Shown: positions 10,077 to 20,680, counted from the stretch's first letter. The stretch: DNA of 64,000 nt from an uncultured Bacteroidales bacterium (GCA_964618645.1 CAZUBW010000005.1:15870-79869), one strand, 5' to 3'. Notes: generated from the letters alone by a model not told the origin. Numbers and translations are program-made.

Positions 10077-11111
10077 TTATTTTTCTTTTTTACCGCGTAT
10101 GAATTTTTCCCAATTCCATGCCGAAAGCAGTGTTTCTCCAAGGGGTGTAGCAGCTTTCCAGCCCAGTTCGAGGTTGGCCAGCGTGGTATCGGCATATACC
10201 CTGGCTATATCACCGGGCCGCCTGGGAACAATGCGATAATTAACCTTTTCGCCTGTGGCTTTTTCAAAGGTTTTGATTATTTCCAAAACCGACAAACCAT
10301 TGCCGGTGCCCAGGTTAAATACCTCGTAATTACTGCGGTTCTTACCCTTCAGCAGCCTTTTGATGGCAGTGACGTGTGCCCCGGCAAGGTCCACCACGTC
10401 AATATAATCGCGGATTCCCGTACCATCGGGGGTGTCGTAATCGTCGCCAAAAACCCTGAGCTCGTCCCGCAGGCCTATTACCGTTTGGGTGATAAAGGGT
10501 ACAAGGTTAAGGGGCGTGCCTATTGGTAGTTCGCCAATGAGTGCCGATTTATGGGCGCCAATGGGATTAAAATACCGCAGCGATATGGCTTGCAGGCCTT
10601 CCGAAGCAGCAATGGTGTCGCGGATGATCTCCTCGCCGATCTGCTTGGTGTTTCCGTAGGGCGAATTGGCCGGTTTAACCGGGGAGTTTTCGGTTACAGG
10701 CAGAACGTCGGGTTGACCGTATACCGTGCACGATGACGAGAACACCAGGTTTGGAATGTTGAATTCGCGCATCACGGTGAGCAGGTTCATCAACGAAATA
10801 AGGTTGTTTCGGTAATATTCGAGGGGCTTTTCCACGGATTCACCAACTGCTTTGAAAGCAGCAAAGTGGATGATGGCTTTGATGCCGTTGTGCTGTTTGC
10901 AGCAGTCCCTGAGGGCAGGCAGGTCAGCGATATCCAGCTGGACAAAAGACGGTTTTTTCCCGGTGATCTGCTGTATGCCATCGAGAACTGTTAATTCGGA
11001 ATTCGACAAATTGTCGAGAATCACCGGTTCAAACCCGTTTTCGATGAGTTCGACAACGGTATGTGAACCAATGTAGCCTGTTCCGCCGGTAACGATAATT
11101 TTATCTGCCAT
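10077..11111 (-). CDS. galE: UDP-glucose 4-epimerase
   Basis: 344 aa. GGTGYIGSH, SSSCTVYG, YGNTK (YxxxK). Confidence 0.9.
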   Translation of the reverse strand: MADKIIVTGGTGYIGSHTVVELIENGFEPVILDNLSNSELTVLDGIQQITGKKPSFVQLDIADLPALRDCCKQHNGIKAIIHFAAFKAVGESVEKPLEYYRNNLISLMNLLTVMREFNIPNLVFSSSCTVYGQPDVLPVTENSPVKPANSPYGNTKQIGEEIIRDTIAASEGLQAISLRYFNPIGAHKSALIGELPIGTPLNLVPFITQTVIGLRDELRVFGDDYDTPDGTGIRDYIDVVDLAGAHVTAIKRLLKGKNRSNYEVFNLGTGNGLSVLEIIKTFEKATGEKVNYRIVPRRPGDIARVYADTTLANLELGWKAATPLGETLLSAWNWEKFIRGKKEK

Positions 11112-11693
11112 TTATGGTTGTAATTTAATGACCTGGTTGTTGGTTAATTTATATTTTTCATGACTTTCTGGACAAATCGCTATGCCCTCGGCATTAAAAG
11201 CAAGCCGGTGGCCGTATTCGCTCATCCAGCCCATATGACGGGCCGGGTTGCCCACCACAAGCTCATAGGGTGCCACGTTTTTGGTTACCACCGCTCCTGC
11301 TCCAATAAAAGCATACTGGCCGATGGTTACGCCACAAACTATAGTGGCATTGGCGCCTATGCTGGCGCCTTTTTCAACCAGGGTGGTTTTGTACTGGTCT
11401 TTGCGGGCAATGGCACTGCGCGGGTTGATAACGTTGGTGAACACCATCGAAGGGCCCAGGAAAACATCATCTTCGCAAATTACCCCGGTGTATATCGAAA
11501 CGTTGTTCTGTACCTTGACATTGTTCCCTAGTTTTACGCCCGGGGAGATCACCACGTTCTGCCCGAGGTTGCAGTTTTCGCCAATGTAACAGTGCTGCAT
11601 GACATGGGTAAAGTGCCATATTTTGGTCCCCTTGCCGATAACCGAACCTTCGTCGATTATGGCCGATTCGTGTGCAAAGTAAGGAGTGTTCAT
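11112..11693 (-). CDS. Left-handed beta-helix N-acetyltransferase, WbpD/WlbB-like (3-amino sugar N-acetyltransferase)
   Basis: 193 aa. Hexapeptide repeats. Strong remembered resemblance to WlbB/WbpD ([64 protein letters not shown]). Confidence 0.8.
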   Translation of the reverse strand: MNTPYFAHESAIIDEGSVIGKGTKIWHFTHVMQHCYIGENCNLGQNVVISPGVKLGNNVKVQNNVSIYTGVICEDDVFLGPSMVFTNVINPRSAIARKDQYKTTLVEKGASIGANATIVCGVTIGQYAFIGAGAVVTKNVAPYELVVGNPARHMGWMSEYGHRLAFNAEGIAICPESHEKYKLTNNQVIKLQP

Positions 11694-12826
11694 GCCTGGC
11701 TGTTTACGAAGCTTATGAGGTTTGAGGTAATGTAGTCAAGTTGTTGTTCGTCGAGTTCGGTGTGCATGGGCAGTGAGATTACCTGTTGGCAAAGCTGTTC
11801 CGATACCGGGAAATCGCCCTGCCGGTGACCGAGGTAACTGAATGCCTGTTGCAGGTGGCAGGGTACCGGGTAGTAAATCATGGCGGGAATTCCTTTGCTT
11901 TGGAGATATTGCATCAGTGCAGCACGGTCAATTCCATCGAGTTTCAGCGTGTACTGGTGAAAAACATGGGTGCTGAAAGGCACACGTTCGGGGATGATAA
12001 TACCCTTAACATCTTTCAACGTGCGGTCGTACCAGTCCGCTGCCTTATTCCGCGCGGCGGAATACACATCGAGGTATTTCAGTTTTACCCGTAAAATGGA
12101 AGCCTGGATGTTGTCAAGTCGTGAGTTGACCCCGGTAAGGTCGTAATAATACCGCTTGCGCATACCATGATGGGTTATGGCAGCCAGCGTACCTGCCAGT
12201 TCACTGTTGTTGGTCATTATGGCTCCGCCATCGCCAAAGCAGCCCAGGTTTTTCGAAGGAAAGAAGGAAGTGCAGGCAATTTGTCCCATGGTGCCGGCCT
12301 TGACGGTCCGGCCTGTTGCCAGGGTGTAGTCGGCCGACAAGGCCTGGGCAACATCTTCGATGACCACAATGTTTCGTTCGCGGGCAATGCGCATAATTTC
12401 ATCCATGTTGGAACACTGCCCGAAAAGGTGAACCGGTATAATGGCTTTGGTTCTGGGTGTTATGGCATTTTCGAGTTTTCTGACGTCGATGTTAAAGGTT
12501 CCCGGTTCCACATCTGCCAAAACAGGCTTCAACCCCAGCAGCACTGAAACCTCAACGGTTGATATGAAGGTAAAATCAGGGGTAATAACTTCGTCACCAG
12601 GTTGAAGTCCAAGTGCCATAAGGCTTATCTGCAAGGCATCGGTACCGTTCCCGCAGGCAATAACATGTTTTACGCCCAAATAATCAGCCAGTTCCTGCTC
12701 AAAGGCTTTTACCTCTTCGCCTTTGACAAAAACGGCGCTGTCGAGTACGCGCTGAATGGCTTCGTCGATTTCAGGCTTTATTTTCAGATACTGGCCGTGC
12801 AGGTCGACCATGGAGATTTTGTTCAT
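11690..12826 (-). CDS. DegT/DnrJ/EryC1/StrS-family PLP aminotransferase (WbpE/WlbC-like)
   Basis: 378 aa. GNGTDAL, PLP-lysine block [14 protein letters not shown]. It overlaps the acetyltransferase start by 4 bp. Confidence 0.88.
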   Translation of the reverse strand: MNKISMVDLHGQYLKIKPEIDEAIQRVLDSAVFVKGEEVKAFEQELADYLGVKHVIACGNGTDALQISLMALGLQPGDEVITPDFTFISTVEVSVLLGLKPVLADVEPGTFNIDVRKLENAITPRTKAIIPVHLFGQCSNMDEIMRIARERNIVVIEDVAQALSADYTLATGRTVKAGTMGQIACTSFFPSKNLGCFGDGGAIMTNNSELAGTLAAITHHGMRKRYYYDLTGVNSRLDNIQASILRVKLKYLDVYSAARNKAADWYDRTLKDVKGIIIPERVPFSTHVFHQYTLKLDGIDRAALMQYLQSKGIPAMIYYPVPCHLQQAFSYLGHRQGDFPVSEQLCQQVISLPMHTELDEQQLDYITSNLISFVNSQA

Positions 12827-12924
12827 AAACGTATTAATTCACTTGCCACGAAGATAATCATTCGGGCATTAACGTGGATATTTTATTAAATTTGACGTGT
12901 AAATATACTTCAGAAAACTTTACC

Positions 12925-13995
12925 GTGAATATCATTCCATTCATCCGAGCGTTGTTGCTGCGTAATCAGCAGATCGTGATTCCCGGTTTTGGCTCGTTTG
13001 CCATACATCAGCAACCTGCACAGCTGAACAGCATCACTGGCGAACTTTCGCCTCCGCTGCAGGAAATAAAGTTTAACCGCAATCAGCAGGATGACGACGG
13101 CGTGCTTGCAGATTACCTGGTAAAAAGCTCAAAGATGAGCAGGGCAGATGCTTTGGAGGCTATAAATAAATTTGCCGGGGAAGCAAAAAAGGAAATCGAC
13201 GAAAAGGGCGAGCTGTTACTCGAAGGATTGGGCAAGCTTATCCTGGAACGATCCGGGAACTTAGCGTTCAACCTGGACGATACGCTGCATCAACGCGAGA
13301 AGTTTGCCGAGCTTCCACGCCTGAAAGTGCCGGCCCGTCCCCAGGCTATGACGCCGCCTGCACCGTCACCTGTTCGGCCTGCACCAGCTGTTTCCGCGCC
13401 AAAACCTCCTGTAGTTCGGGTTGCACGTCGCAGGCGCAAATGGTGGATTCCTGCTGCCATATTGCTTGTATTGGCTGGCCTGGGAGCAGCAGGTTATTTA
13501 ACGGGATTTCTGGATGAACGGCTGAAGAACTTTCAGGATAACCATGCCGGAACGCAGGTTGTTGAAACAAGCGACAAGCTGGTGTTCGGGAAAAGAACCG
13601 ACACGGTTGACGTCGATACGATCCGCGAACAAATCAGCCAGGAACTTGATGAGCGTACTTCGCGACAAAAAGCATTGGCATACGACAATGTTGAGGAACA
13701 ACCGGAACCGGCCCCACAGCAAAAGGTTGAAACGCCGGCCAGGGAGACTGTCCGTCCTGCCACGGTTTACGCAAAGCCTTACCACATTATTGGCGGTGCA
13801 TTTCTGATAGAAGAAAATGCGGTAAGACAGCAAGAAAAACTGGAAAAGAAAGGGGCCAACATACAGCAATTTGCACACGGCAATTACTACATGCTGAGCC
13901 TGGGGTCATTCGATACAAAGGAGGAAGCCAAAGCTGCCATCCCCCGGTTCCGTGAGCAGTTCAACCAGGAATTCTGGGTGATGCGGAAGGAATAG
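12925..13995 (+). CDS. HU-like N-terminal domain plus SPOR-domain protein (single TM, Pro-rich linker)
   Basis: N-terminus IPFIRALLLRNQQIVIPGFGSFAI, TM segment WWIPAAILLVLAGLGAAGYL, C-terminal SPOR-like YHIIGGAFLIEENAVRQQEKLEKKG...SLGSFDTKEEA. The start is uncertain (GTG 12925 versus GTG 12874). Confidence 0.7.
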   Translation: MNIIPFIRALLLRNQQIVIPGFGSFAIHQQPAQLNSITGELSPPLQEIKFNRNQQDDDGVLADYLVKSSKMSRADALEAINKFAGEAKKEIDEKGELLLEGLGKLILERSGNLAFNLDDTLHQREKFAELPRLKVPARPQAMTPPAPSPVRPAPAVSAPKPPVVRVARRRRKWWIPAAILLVLAGLGAAGYLTGFLDERLKNFQDNHAGTQVVETSDKLVFGKRTDTVDVDTIREQISQELDERTSRQKALAYDNVEEQPEPAPQQKVETPARETVRPATVYAKPYHIIGGAFLIEENAVRQQEKLEKKGANIQQFAHGNYYMLSLGSFDTKEEAKAAIPRFREQFNQEFWVMRKE

Positions 13996-14020
13996 GATTC
14001 ATATAACATAATTTAACCCT

Positions 14021-14656
14021 ATGAGAAAATTTCTTTTTATTCTGGTCATGGCATTATTCAACGTTGCCATGACAGCGCAGGAGCCGGTTGTGGTTAAACT
14101 CCCCGAACCACAGCTTGACAAAGGCATGCCACTAATGCAAGCCTTGAAAAACCGTCAGTCGACCCGCACCTATGCTGAACGTGAACTTAGCACCCAGGAG
14201 CTGGCCAACTTGCTTTGGGCTGCCAATGGCATTAACCGTAAAGCCGATGGCAAACGTACGGCGCCAACCGCCATGAACCGGCAGGAAATTGAGGTGTATG
14301 TCAGTAGTAAGGATGGTTTGTACCGCTACGATGCGCTACAACATGCACTGATTACCATTCATAACCGTGATATCCGATCACTGACTGGAGTACAACCCTA
14401 TGTTGCGTCAGCTGCTCTCAACCTTTTACTGGTAGCCGATTTGAGCAAGCTTGGGGATGACAGACAGACAGCTTTGCAGACCGCAAATATCGATGCAGGC
14501 TTTGTCAGTCAGAATATCTATTTGTATTGTGCTTCTGAAGGATTGGCCACAGTTGTCAGGGGCTCGGTCGATCGTGAGACACTGATGCCCGAAATGAAAC
14601 TCGGATCAGGGTTTTACATTGTGGTGGCGCAATGTGTGGGGTATCCGGCGAAATAG
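14021..14656 (+). CDS. Nitroreductase-family protein with signal peptide
   Basis: 211 aa. Signal-like MRKFLFILVMALFNVAMTAQ, nitroreductase motif RQSTRTY. Confidence 0.7.
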   Translation: MRKFLFILVMALFNVAMTAQEPVVVKLPEPQLDKGMPLMQALKNRQSTRTYAERELSTQELANLLWAANGINRKADGKRTAPTAMNRQEIEVYVSSKDGLYRYDALQHALITIHNRDIRSLTGVQPYVASAALNLLLVADLSKLGDDRQTALQTANIDAGFVSQNIYLYCASEGLATVVRGSVDRETLMPEMKLGSGFYIVVAQCVGYPAK

Positions 14657-14685
14657 TTCCGGAAAGAGTCAGGAAATATCGATTA

Positions 14686-14730
14686 TTAGCTGTTGGCCAT
14701 TAGCCATTAGCCTTTGGCCAATAGCTATTA
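14686..14730. repeat. Short heptamer array (TAGCCAT/TTGGCCA variants)
   Basis: ttagctgttggccattagccattagcctttggccaatagctatta, read directly. Intergenic. Confidence 0.8.
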
Positions 14731-14765
14731 TATTCGGTAATTAAACCATTAAAAACAAAACACCC

Positions 14766-16484
14766 GTGAAAATAACCCGTAATTGTTTTACTGCATGCTT
14801 TGCTCTGGCGATAATTGCACTGGCATCGGGCTGTTCAGAAAGTGTCACCGGTCCCCGTTATGTGCTGTTCGACTGGTTTGAATACCAGGGGCAGGATTCG
14901 GTTTTTGAAGTATTCAGTCCGCAACCAGGAGAGTACCTGAACCCCATATTGCCCGGGTTTTATCCCGATCCCAGCATTTGCAGGGTGGAAAATGACTATT
15001 ACCTGGTGAATTCCACTTTTTCTTATTTCCCGGGCATTCCCATTTTCCACAGTCGCGACCTGGTGCATTGGGAACAACTGGGCCATGTGCTCGAAAGGCC
15101 TTCGCAGCTGAAACTCGATAGCCTTCCCTTGTCGGGTGGTGTTTTTGCACCGGCCATCAGCTACAACAAAGGTGTTTTTTACGTGATCAACACACTGGTG
15201 CAGGGCGGCGGCAACTTTTATGTAACGGCAACCGACCCGGGCGGACCATGGTCCGAACCCGTGTGGCTTCCCGAAATCGATGGTATTGATCCTTCCTTCT
15301 TTTTTGATGAAGATGGAAAGGCTTACGTGGTAAATAACGGGCCGCCCGAAGGAGAAGAACTTTACAGCGGTCACCGGGCTATATGGATCCAGGAGTTTTT
15401 GACCGACTCGGGGAAACTGACGGGCCCAAGGAAAGTGATTGTCAATGCAGGTGTTGACATTAGCAAAAAGCCCATATGGATTGAAGGTCCGCATATTTTT
15501 AAGAAAGACGGTTATTACTTCCTGATTGCTGCCGAAGGAGGTACCGCAACAGAACACTCCGAGGTAGTGTTCCGGTCATCATCGGTTTGGGGTCCGTATG
15601 TTCCTGCTGAAAGGAATCCGATGCTTACCCAGCGGCATCTCGATATCCGCCGCGATTTCCCGGTATCTTCAACCGGACACGCCGATTTTGTGGAAACCCA
15701 AAACGGTGAATGGTGGGCTGTATTTTTAGGTTGCCGGCCCTATATTGGCGACTTTTACAATACAGGCAGGGAGACTTTTATGCTGCCGGTGAAATGGGAA
15801 GGCGGCTGGCCCTATATCACCAACATGCCGGTTCCCTATAAAGTGAAGAAACCTGACCTTCCGGAGTATAAACCCGCCCAGCCTGTGCTGAACGGCAATT
15901 TCAACTGGCGTGATGAATTCAACGATACCACGCTGGCCATGCCGTGGAATTTCATCCGTACACCCCGCGATAAATGGTATAGTCTGAACAGCAACCCAGG
16001 CATGCTCAAAATCGATATCAGGCCGGTATCGGTCCGCGAATGGCAGAATCCGTCGTTTATCGGACGCAGGCAGCAACATACATTTTTTTCAGCTGTGGCG
16101 GCCATGCAGCCAGGAACCATGGATACCGCGCAAACGGCAGGGTTAATAGCCTTCCAGAATGAAAAGCATTACCTTTATTTGGGTTTGGAGAAAACCATCA
16201 GGGGATTCAGGCTTGTTGCTGAACGCTCGGGTTCGGATATGCTGAACGGCGAGCCACAGCAACTGGCGGTAACCGAATTGCCCATCGGGCAACAGTCGGT
16301 TATTTACCTGCGCATTACCGGCCGGGGCGATACCTACGACCTGGCCTATGCCTTGAAACAGGATGAGTGGGTTACGCTGGCAGGCGCTTTGGATGCCCGT
16401 AACCTCAGTACACGTATAGGGGGTGGCTTTGTGGGCGCCTACCTGGGTCTGTATGCCTCATCGGCTCACCGGACAACGAAGTGA
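14766..16484 (+). CDS. GH43-family glycoside hydrolase (beta-xylosidase/alpha-L-arabinofuranosidase-like) with C-terminal beta-sandwich; lipoprotein signal
   Basis: 572 aa. LASGC lipobox, NPILPGFYPDPSICRVENDYYLVNSTFSYFPGIPIFHSRDLVHWEQLGH, typical of the five-bladed GH43 fold. Confidence 0.88.
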   Translation: MKITRNCFTACFALAIIALASGCSESVTGPRYVLFDWFEYQGQDSVFEVFSPQPGEYLNPILPGFYPDPSICRVENDYYLVNSTFSYFPGIPIFHSRDLVHWEQLGHVLERPSQLKLDSLPLSGGVFAPAISYNKGVFYVINTLVQGGGNFYVTATDPGGPWSEPVWLPEIDGIDPSFFFDEDGKAYVVNNGPPEGEELYSGHRAIWIQEFLTDSGKLTGPRKVIVNAGVDISKKPIWIEGPHIFKKDGYYFLIAAEGGTATEHSEVVFRSSSVWGPYVPAERNPMLTQRHLDIRRDFPVSSTGHADFVETQNGEWWAVFLGCRPYIGDFYNTGRETFMLPVKWEGGWPYITNMPVPYKVKKPDLPEYKPAQPVLNGNFNWRDEFNDTTLAMPWNFIRTPRDKWYSLNSNPGMLKIDIRPVSVREWQNPSFIGRRQQHTFFSAVAAMQPGTMDTAQTAGLIAFQNEKHYLYLGLEKTIRGFRLVAERSGSDMLNGEPQQLAVTELPIGQQSVIYLRITGRGDTYDLAYALKQDEWVTLAGALDARNLSTRIGGGFVGAYLGLYASSAHRTTK

Positions 16485-16516
16485 ACAGTAACCCAGGCCT
16501 AAACTTTGTTAAATAG

Positions 16517-16677
16517 AGTTTGTCGATAAAGTTAGAAAAATGTTTAATTAGCCATGTGTCTGTTCAGAGAGTTCCATTTGTAAGGCTTGCGCAGTCCGAA
16601 AATGCGCAGTTTACTATTCGTAAATGAGCAATTTTCGGACAAGCGTAACGCAGCAAATGGGACTTTAAGGACAGACA
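16517..16677 (+). repeat. Dispersed hairpin element, copy 1 (left module plus ~50-bp imperfect inverted arms)
   Basis: Aligns by eye over about 150 nt with 32451..32600. One 11-nt indel sits in the central loop; otherwise identity is very high across the shared core ATGTGTCTGTTCAGAGAGTTCCATTTG.AAGGCTTGCGCAGTCCGAAAATGCG...GAGCAATTTTCGGACAAGCGTAACGCAGCAAATGGGACTTTA.GGACAGACA. It ends 16 nt before the ATG at 16694. Confidence 0.9.
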
Positions 16678-16693
16678 ATAAAAACCTGAAACC

Positions 16694-17500
16694 ATGAAAA
16701 TCCAACCAGGCACCAAGGTGCTGATCACCGGAGGCGCCTCCGGTATTGGCAAAATTATGGGCCGACTGGTCCTGCAAAAAGGTGCCGAACTCATCATCTG
16801 GGATGTGAACAAGAAAATGGCCGATGAAACCGCGGAAGAATTGTCGGTATTCGGCAAAGTTACTGTCTACGCGGTGGATATTTCCGACGCAGCGGCCGTT
16901 ACCGCTGCTGTGGCTGTCGTTAAGACCAGCCATGGCCCGGTGGATATTCTCATAAACAATGCCGGCATTGTAACCGGAAAGCTTTTTCATGAACATACCC
17001 CGGAGGAAATTAACCGCATAATGGCTATCAATGCCCTGGTGCCTATGCACCTGGCCCGGCATTTTTTACCCGACATGATCGGGCGGAAATCGGGCCATAT
17101 CTGCAACATCGCCTCTTCGGCCGGATTGACATCCAACCCGCGCATGGCGGCCTACGTAGCCAGCAAATGGGCGCTTACCGGTTGGTCCGACAGTCTCCGT
17201 ATCGAAATGGAAGAATTAAAGACCAACGTTAGGATAACCACCGTAACACCCTATTATATCAACACCGGAATGTTCGACGGGGTGCGTTCGCCCCTGATCC
17301 CCATACAGGACCCTGAGAAAGCTTCCCGGAAAATCATCCGCGGTATTGAGCGCAATAAACTTTTTGTGAGTATGCCCTGGAGCGTTCACTTTGTCAGGTT
17401 AACCCAGGGATTGTTGCCGTTCAGGGGATACGATTTCGTGGCCGGGCGGATGCTGGGCATTTATAAGACTATGGAACATTTCACCGGACGTAAAAGTTAA
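16694..17500 (+). CDS. Short-chain dehydrogenase/reductase
   Basis: 268 aa. TGGASGIGK, NNAG, YVASK. Confidence 0.88.
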   Translation: MKIQPGTKVLITGGASGIGKIMGRLVLQKGAELIIWDVNKKMADETAEELSVFGKVTVYAVDISDAAAVTAAVAVVKTSHGPVDILINNAGIVTGKLFHEHTPEEINRIMAINALVPMHLARHFLPDMIGRKSGHICNIASSAGLTSNPRMAAYVASKWALTGWSDSLRIEMEELKTNVRITTVTPYYINTGMFDGVRSPLIPIQDPEKASRKIIRGIERNKLFVSMPWSVHFVRLTQGLLPFRGYDFVAGRMLGIYKTMEHFTGRKS

Positions 17501-17511
17501 TTTGTATTCCT

Positions 17512-18888
17512 ATGGAAAACACAGCAAGGAAGACCATTGAGGATCATTTAAGCGCGCAACGCCTTTTTTTTGCATCACAGGCTACCAAAAGTATCCGGTT
17601 CAGAAAGGAAAATCTCCGCAAGTTCAGGGATGCCATTGTCAGGTACGAAAGCCGCATAGCTGAGGCGTTGTGGGCCGACCTGCGCAAATCTTATGAAGAA
17701 GCCTGGCTGACAGAGATCAGCATTGTGCTGGGCGAAATCAGAAACCACCTGCAACACCTGGGAAAATGGGCACGGAATAAACGCGTGATTACACCCCTGG
17801 TGCTTCAACCTTCGGGAAGCAGGGTTATATATGAACCACTTGGGGTGGCGCTGATCATGGCCCCGTGGAATTATCCCTTTCAGCTGTTGCTGAATCCCCT
17901 GGTGGGCGCTATCTCATCGGGCTGTTGTGCCATGCTCAAGCCTTCGCCATATACACCAACTGTGGCCGGGGTAATGGAAGAAATGCTGGCAGAAACTTTT
18001 GATTCAAAATATATTTCCGTTGCTCAGGGTAACCGCGAAGTGAACCAGGTGCTGCTTGAACAGCGATTCGATGTTATATTTTTCACAGGTAGCCCCTCTT
18101 TGGGTAAGACGGTGATGAAAGCCGCTTCGCAATACCTGACACCGGTGGTGCTTGAACTGGGAGGGAAAAGCCCCTGTATCGTCGACCGCGACGCCAATAT
18201 TTCAGTGGCCGCCAAACGGATTGCCTGGGGGAAATGCATTAACGCAGGGCAAACCTGCATTGCTCCGGATTACCTGTTCGTGCATAGAGAAGTAAAAGAG
18301 CCACTGCTTGAAAAAATGAAGGAGGCCATCAGGGATATGCACGGGGAGGATCCCCGGCACAGTAAATTTTACACCCGGATAGTCAATGAACAGGCTATGG
18401 AAAGGTTACAGCAGTTGATGAAACATGGAAAAATCCGGTTCGGGGGCGAGGTAGACATGAGTGAGAAGTACATTGCCCCAACTGTGATTGATGAAATCCA
18501 GCCTGATTTTCCGGTCATGCAGGAAGAGATTTTTGGTCCCATCCTGCCGGTGATGACTTTTGAAAATGTCAGTGAGGTGGAAAATTATGTGAACAGCCAT
18601 GAAAAACCGCTGGCCTTTTATTACTTCGGAAAGAACAGGGCCGCCAGGGAAATCTTAAGCAAAACCACATCAGGAGGCGGTTGTATCAACGATACGCTGT
18701 TGCATATCGTCAATCACCGCATGCCATTTGGCGGAGTGGGCAACAGCGGCATGGGAAAATATCATGGCAAGTACAGTTTCGAGGCATTCAGCAATGCACG
18801 GGCCATGGTTTATACGCCGGCATGGATTGAATTGCCTTTAAAGTACCCCCCTTATAAGTATTTCAAGTGGATAAAAAGAATTCTGTAA
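17512..18888 (+). CDS. Aldehyde dehydrogenase (class-3-like)
   Basis: 458 aa. LELGGKSP, catalytic Cys block NAGQTCIAPDY, EEIFGPILP. Confidence 0.9.
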   Translation: MENTARKTIEDHLSAQRLFFASQATKSIRFRKENLRKFRDAIVRYESRIAEALWADLRKSYEEAWLTEISIVLGEIRNHLQHLGKWARNKRVITPLVLQPSGSRVIYEPLGVALIMAPWNYPFQLLLNPLVGAISSGCCAMLKPSPYTPTVAGVMEEMLAETFDSKYISVAQGNREVNQVLLEQRFDVIFFTGSPSLGKTVMKAASQYLTPVVLELGGKSPCIVDRDANISVAAKRIAWGKCINAGQTCIAPDYLFVHREVKEPLLEKMKEAIRDMHGEDPRHSKFYTRIVNEQAMERLQQLMKHGKIRFGGEVDMSEKYIAPTVIDEIQPDFPVMQEEIFGPILPVMTFENVSEVENYVNSHEKPLAFYYFGKNRAAREILSKTTSGGGCINDTLLHIVNHRMPFGGVGNSGMGKYHGKYSFEAFSNARAMVYTPAWIELPLKYPPYKYFKWIKRIL

Positions 18889-18916
18889 ACATTGGGCCGA
18901 TTTTTAACTATTTTGT

Positions 18917-20680
18917 ATGATACCAACACGAACATTTGACTACCTGGAAATCCTTAGAACTAATTTTCCCAAGGATGACATCTTTGCCAAGGTGGTTAAT
19001 GGCAAATGGGTTAAATTCAGTGTCGACGATTACATTGAAGCTTCCTGGAACGTGGCTTCGGGTCTGCTGGCAAAAGGATTTCAACCGGAAGATAAGGTGA
19101 CCGTTGTTTGCAACAACTGTCCCGAATGGAATTTTATGGACATGGGTTGCACACTGTCACGCCTGATCATGGTTCCTGTTTACCAAACCCTGGGTCCCGA
19201 CGAGTTCCGGCATGTTTTCAATCACAGTGATTCAAAGCTGATTGTTGTGGGCAACAAGCTGCTGTATGACAAGTTGTCGCCTATAATAGCTGAAATGGAA
19301 CACCCTGCCGAAATGATGACCATCGACAACTGCGGTTGCGGTTTTTGTTTTGACGATTTGATGGCACTTGGAAAAAGCAACAGGGAAAGACTCAACGGTC
19401 AAATTACCAAAAATGTAAAAGAAATATCACCTGAGGATGTTGCTACCATCATATATACCTCAGGTACAACAGGTGCTTCAAAAGGCGTAATGCTCACACA
19501 CCGCAACCTTACGTTTGACTCGCGCGCACATGCCTTATTGCAGACGGCCAATTCGCAACACAAGATGTTGAGCTTTCTTCCCCTCTGTCACGCTTATGAA
19601 AGAACCATGAATTATGAGTTCCAGCAGTTGGGGATCAGCATTTATTACTCCGAGAGTATGCAGACCATACAAAGAGACCATGCCAGTTTTCACGGCGATG
19701 GGTTTTGCGCGGTTCCCCGCGTACTCGAAATGATGTACTCGAAACTGGAAGGTGCCGCCAACAACCTGAAGGGGATCAAAAAAAATATTTATAAATGGGC
19801 CTGGCGTTTTGGGAATAATTTTGATAATTCGCGGAAGGACTGGTTTTACCGGCTCAGGCACCGGCTGGCCGACAAGCTGGTTTTCAGCAAATGGCGTGGC
19901 GCATTCGGCGGTCATGAGTTGTGGGTGGTTACTGGTGGAGCGTCGATACGACCCAACATCATCAGGCTTTTTACTGCTGCCAAACTGCATTTGTACCAGG
20001 GTTATGGCATGACAGAAGCTTCACCCGTGATATCTGTGAATCCGCCTGCCAACAACCAATTGGGCACTAATGGACCTTTTATTGACGGTACAGAATATAA
20101 ATTTGCCATAGATGGCGAAATACTGGTTCGCGGTCCCCACGTGATGAAGGGTTATTATAAGGATGAGCAGGCGACCCGGGAGATCATCGATGCTGATGGA
20201 TGGCTGCACACAGGGGATATCGGGTACCTGAAGGATGGGAAGTATCTGATGATCACCGACCGGAAGAAGGAGATATTCAAGCTTTCATCGGGTAAGTATA
20301 TAGCCCCGCAGGTGCTTGAGAACAAGCTCCGCGAATCATCCTTTTTCGAGAACGCTTTTATTTTTGGATCTGATCAGAATTTTGCGTCGGCCATTATTTT
20401 ACCCAAAATAGATGCGCTGAAACAATGGTGTTCCAAAAAAGGCATCAATATTGAGGTCAGCAATGAGGAACTCATTCAGGATCCCCAGGTGGTGGATCTG
20501 CTGAATAAGGAAGTGGGCAAGGTGAATAAAACGCTGGCTGATTACGAGCGTATCCGGAAATGGTTGTTTTCAGCAGACACCTGGACCATCGACAATGGTA
20601 TGCTCTCGCAAACGCTGAAACCCAAAAGGGCGATAATTTTAGCCAGCTACAAAGCATTTGCGGAAGAAGTATACCAGTAA
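18917..20680 (+). CDS. Long-chain fatty acid--CoA ligase (AMP-forming)
   Basis: 587 aa. AMP-binding YTSGTTGASKGVMLTH, GYGMTE, GWLHTGDIGY, KPKR. Confidence 0.9.
   Translation: MIPTRTFDYLEILRTNFPKDDIFAKVVNGKWVKFSVDDYIEASWNVASGLLAKGFQPEDKVTVVCNNCPEWNFMDMGCTLSRLIMVPVYQTLGPDEFRHVFNHSDSKLIVVGNKLLYDKLSPIIAEMEHPAEMMTIDNCGCGFCFDDLMALGKSNRERLNGQITKNVKEISPEDVATIIYTSGTTGASKGVMLTHRNLTFDSRAHALLQTANSQHKMLSFLPLCHAYERTMNYEFQQLGISIYYSESMQTIQRDHASFHGDGFCAVPRVLEMMYSKLEGAANNLKGIKKNIYKWAWRFGNNFDNSRKDWFYRLRHRLADKLVFSKWRGAFGGHELWVVTGGASIRPNIIRLFTAAKLHLYQGYGMTEASPVISVNPPANNQLGTNGPFIDGTEYKFAIDGEILVRGPHVMKGYYKDEQATREIIDADGWLHTGDIGYLKDGKYLMITDRKKEIFKLSSGKYIAPQVLENKLRESSFFENAFIFGSDQNFASAIILPKIDALKQWCSKKGINIEVSNEELIQDPQVVDLLNKEVGKVNKTLADYERIRKWLFSADTWTIDNGMLSQTLKPKRAIILASYKAFAEEVYQ

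Noticed and set aside
16544-17062. 172-aa minus-strand ORF spanning the dispersed element and the SDR start
   Set aside because: It overlaps the well-supported SDR gene in antisense and reads through a repeat element. It has no recognisable motifs.
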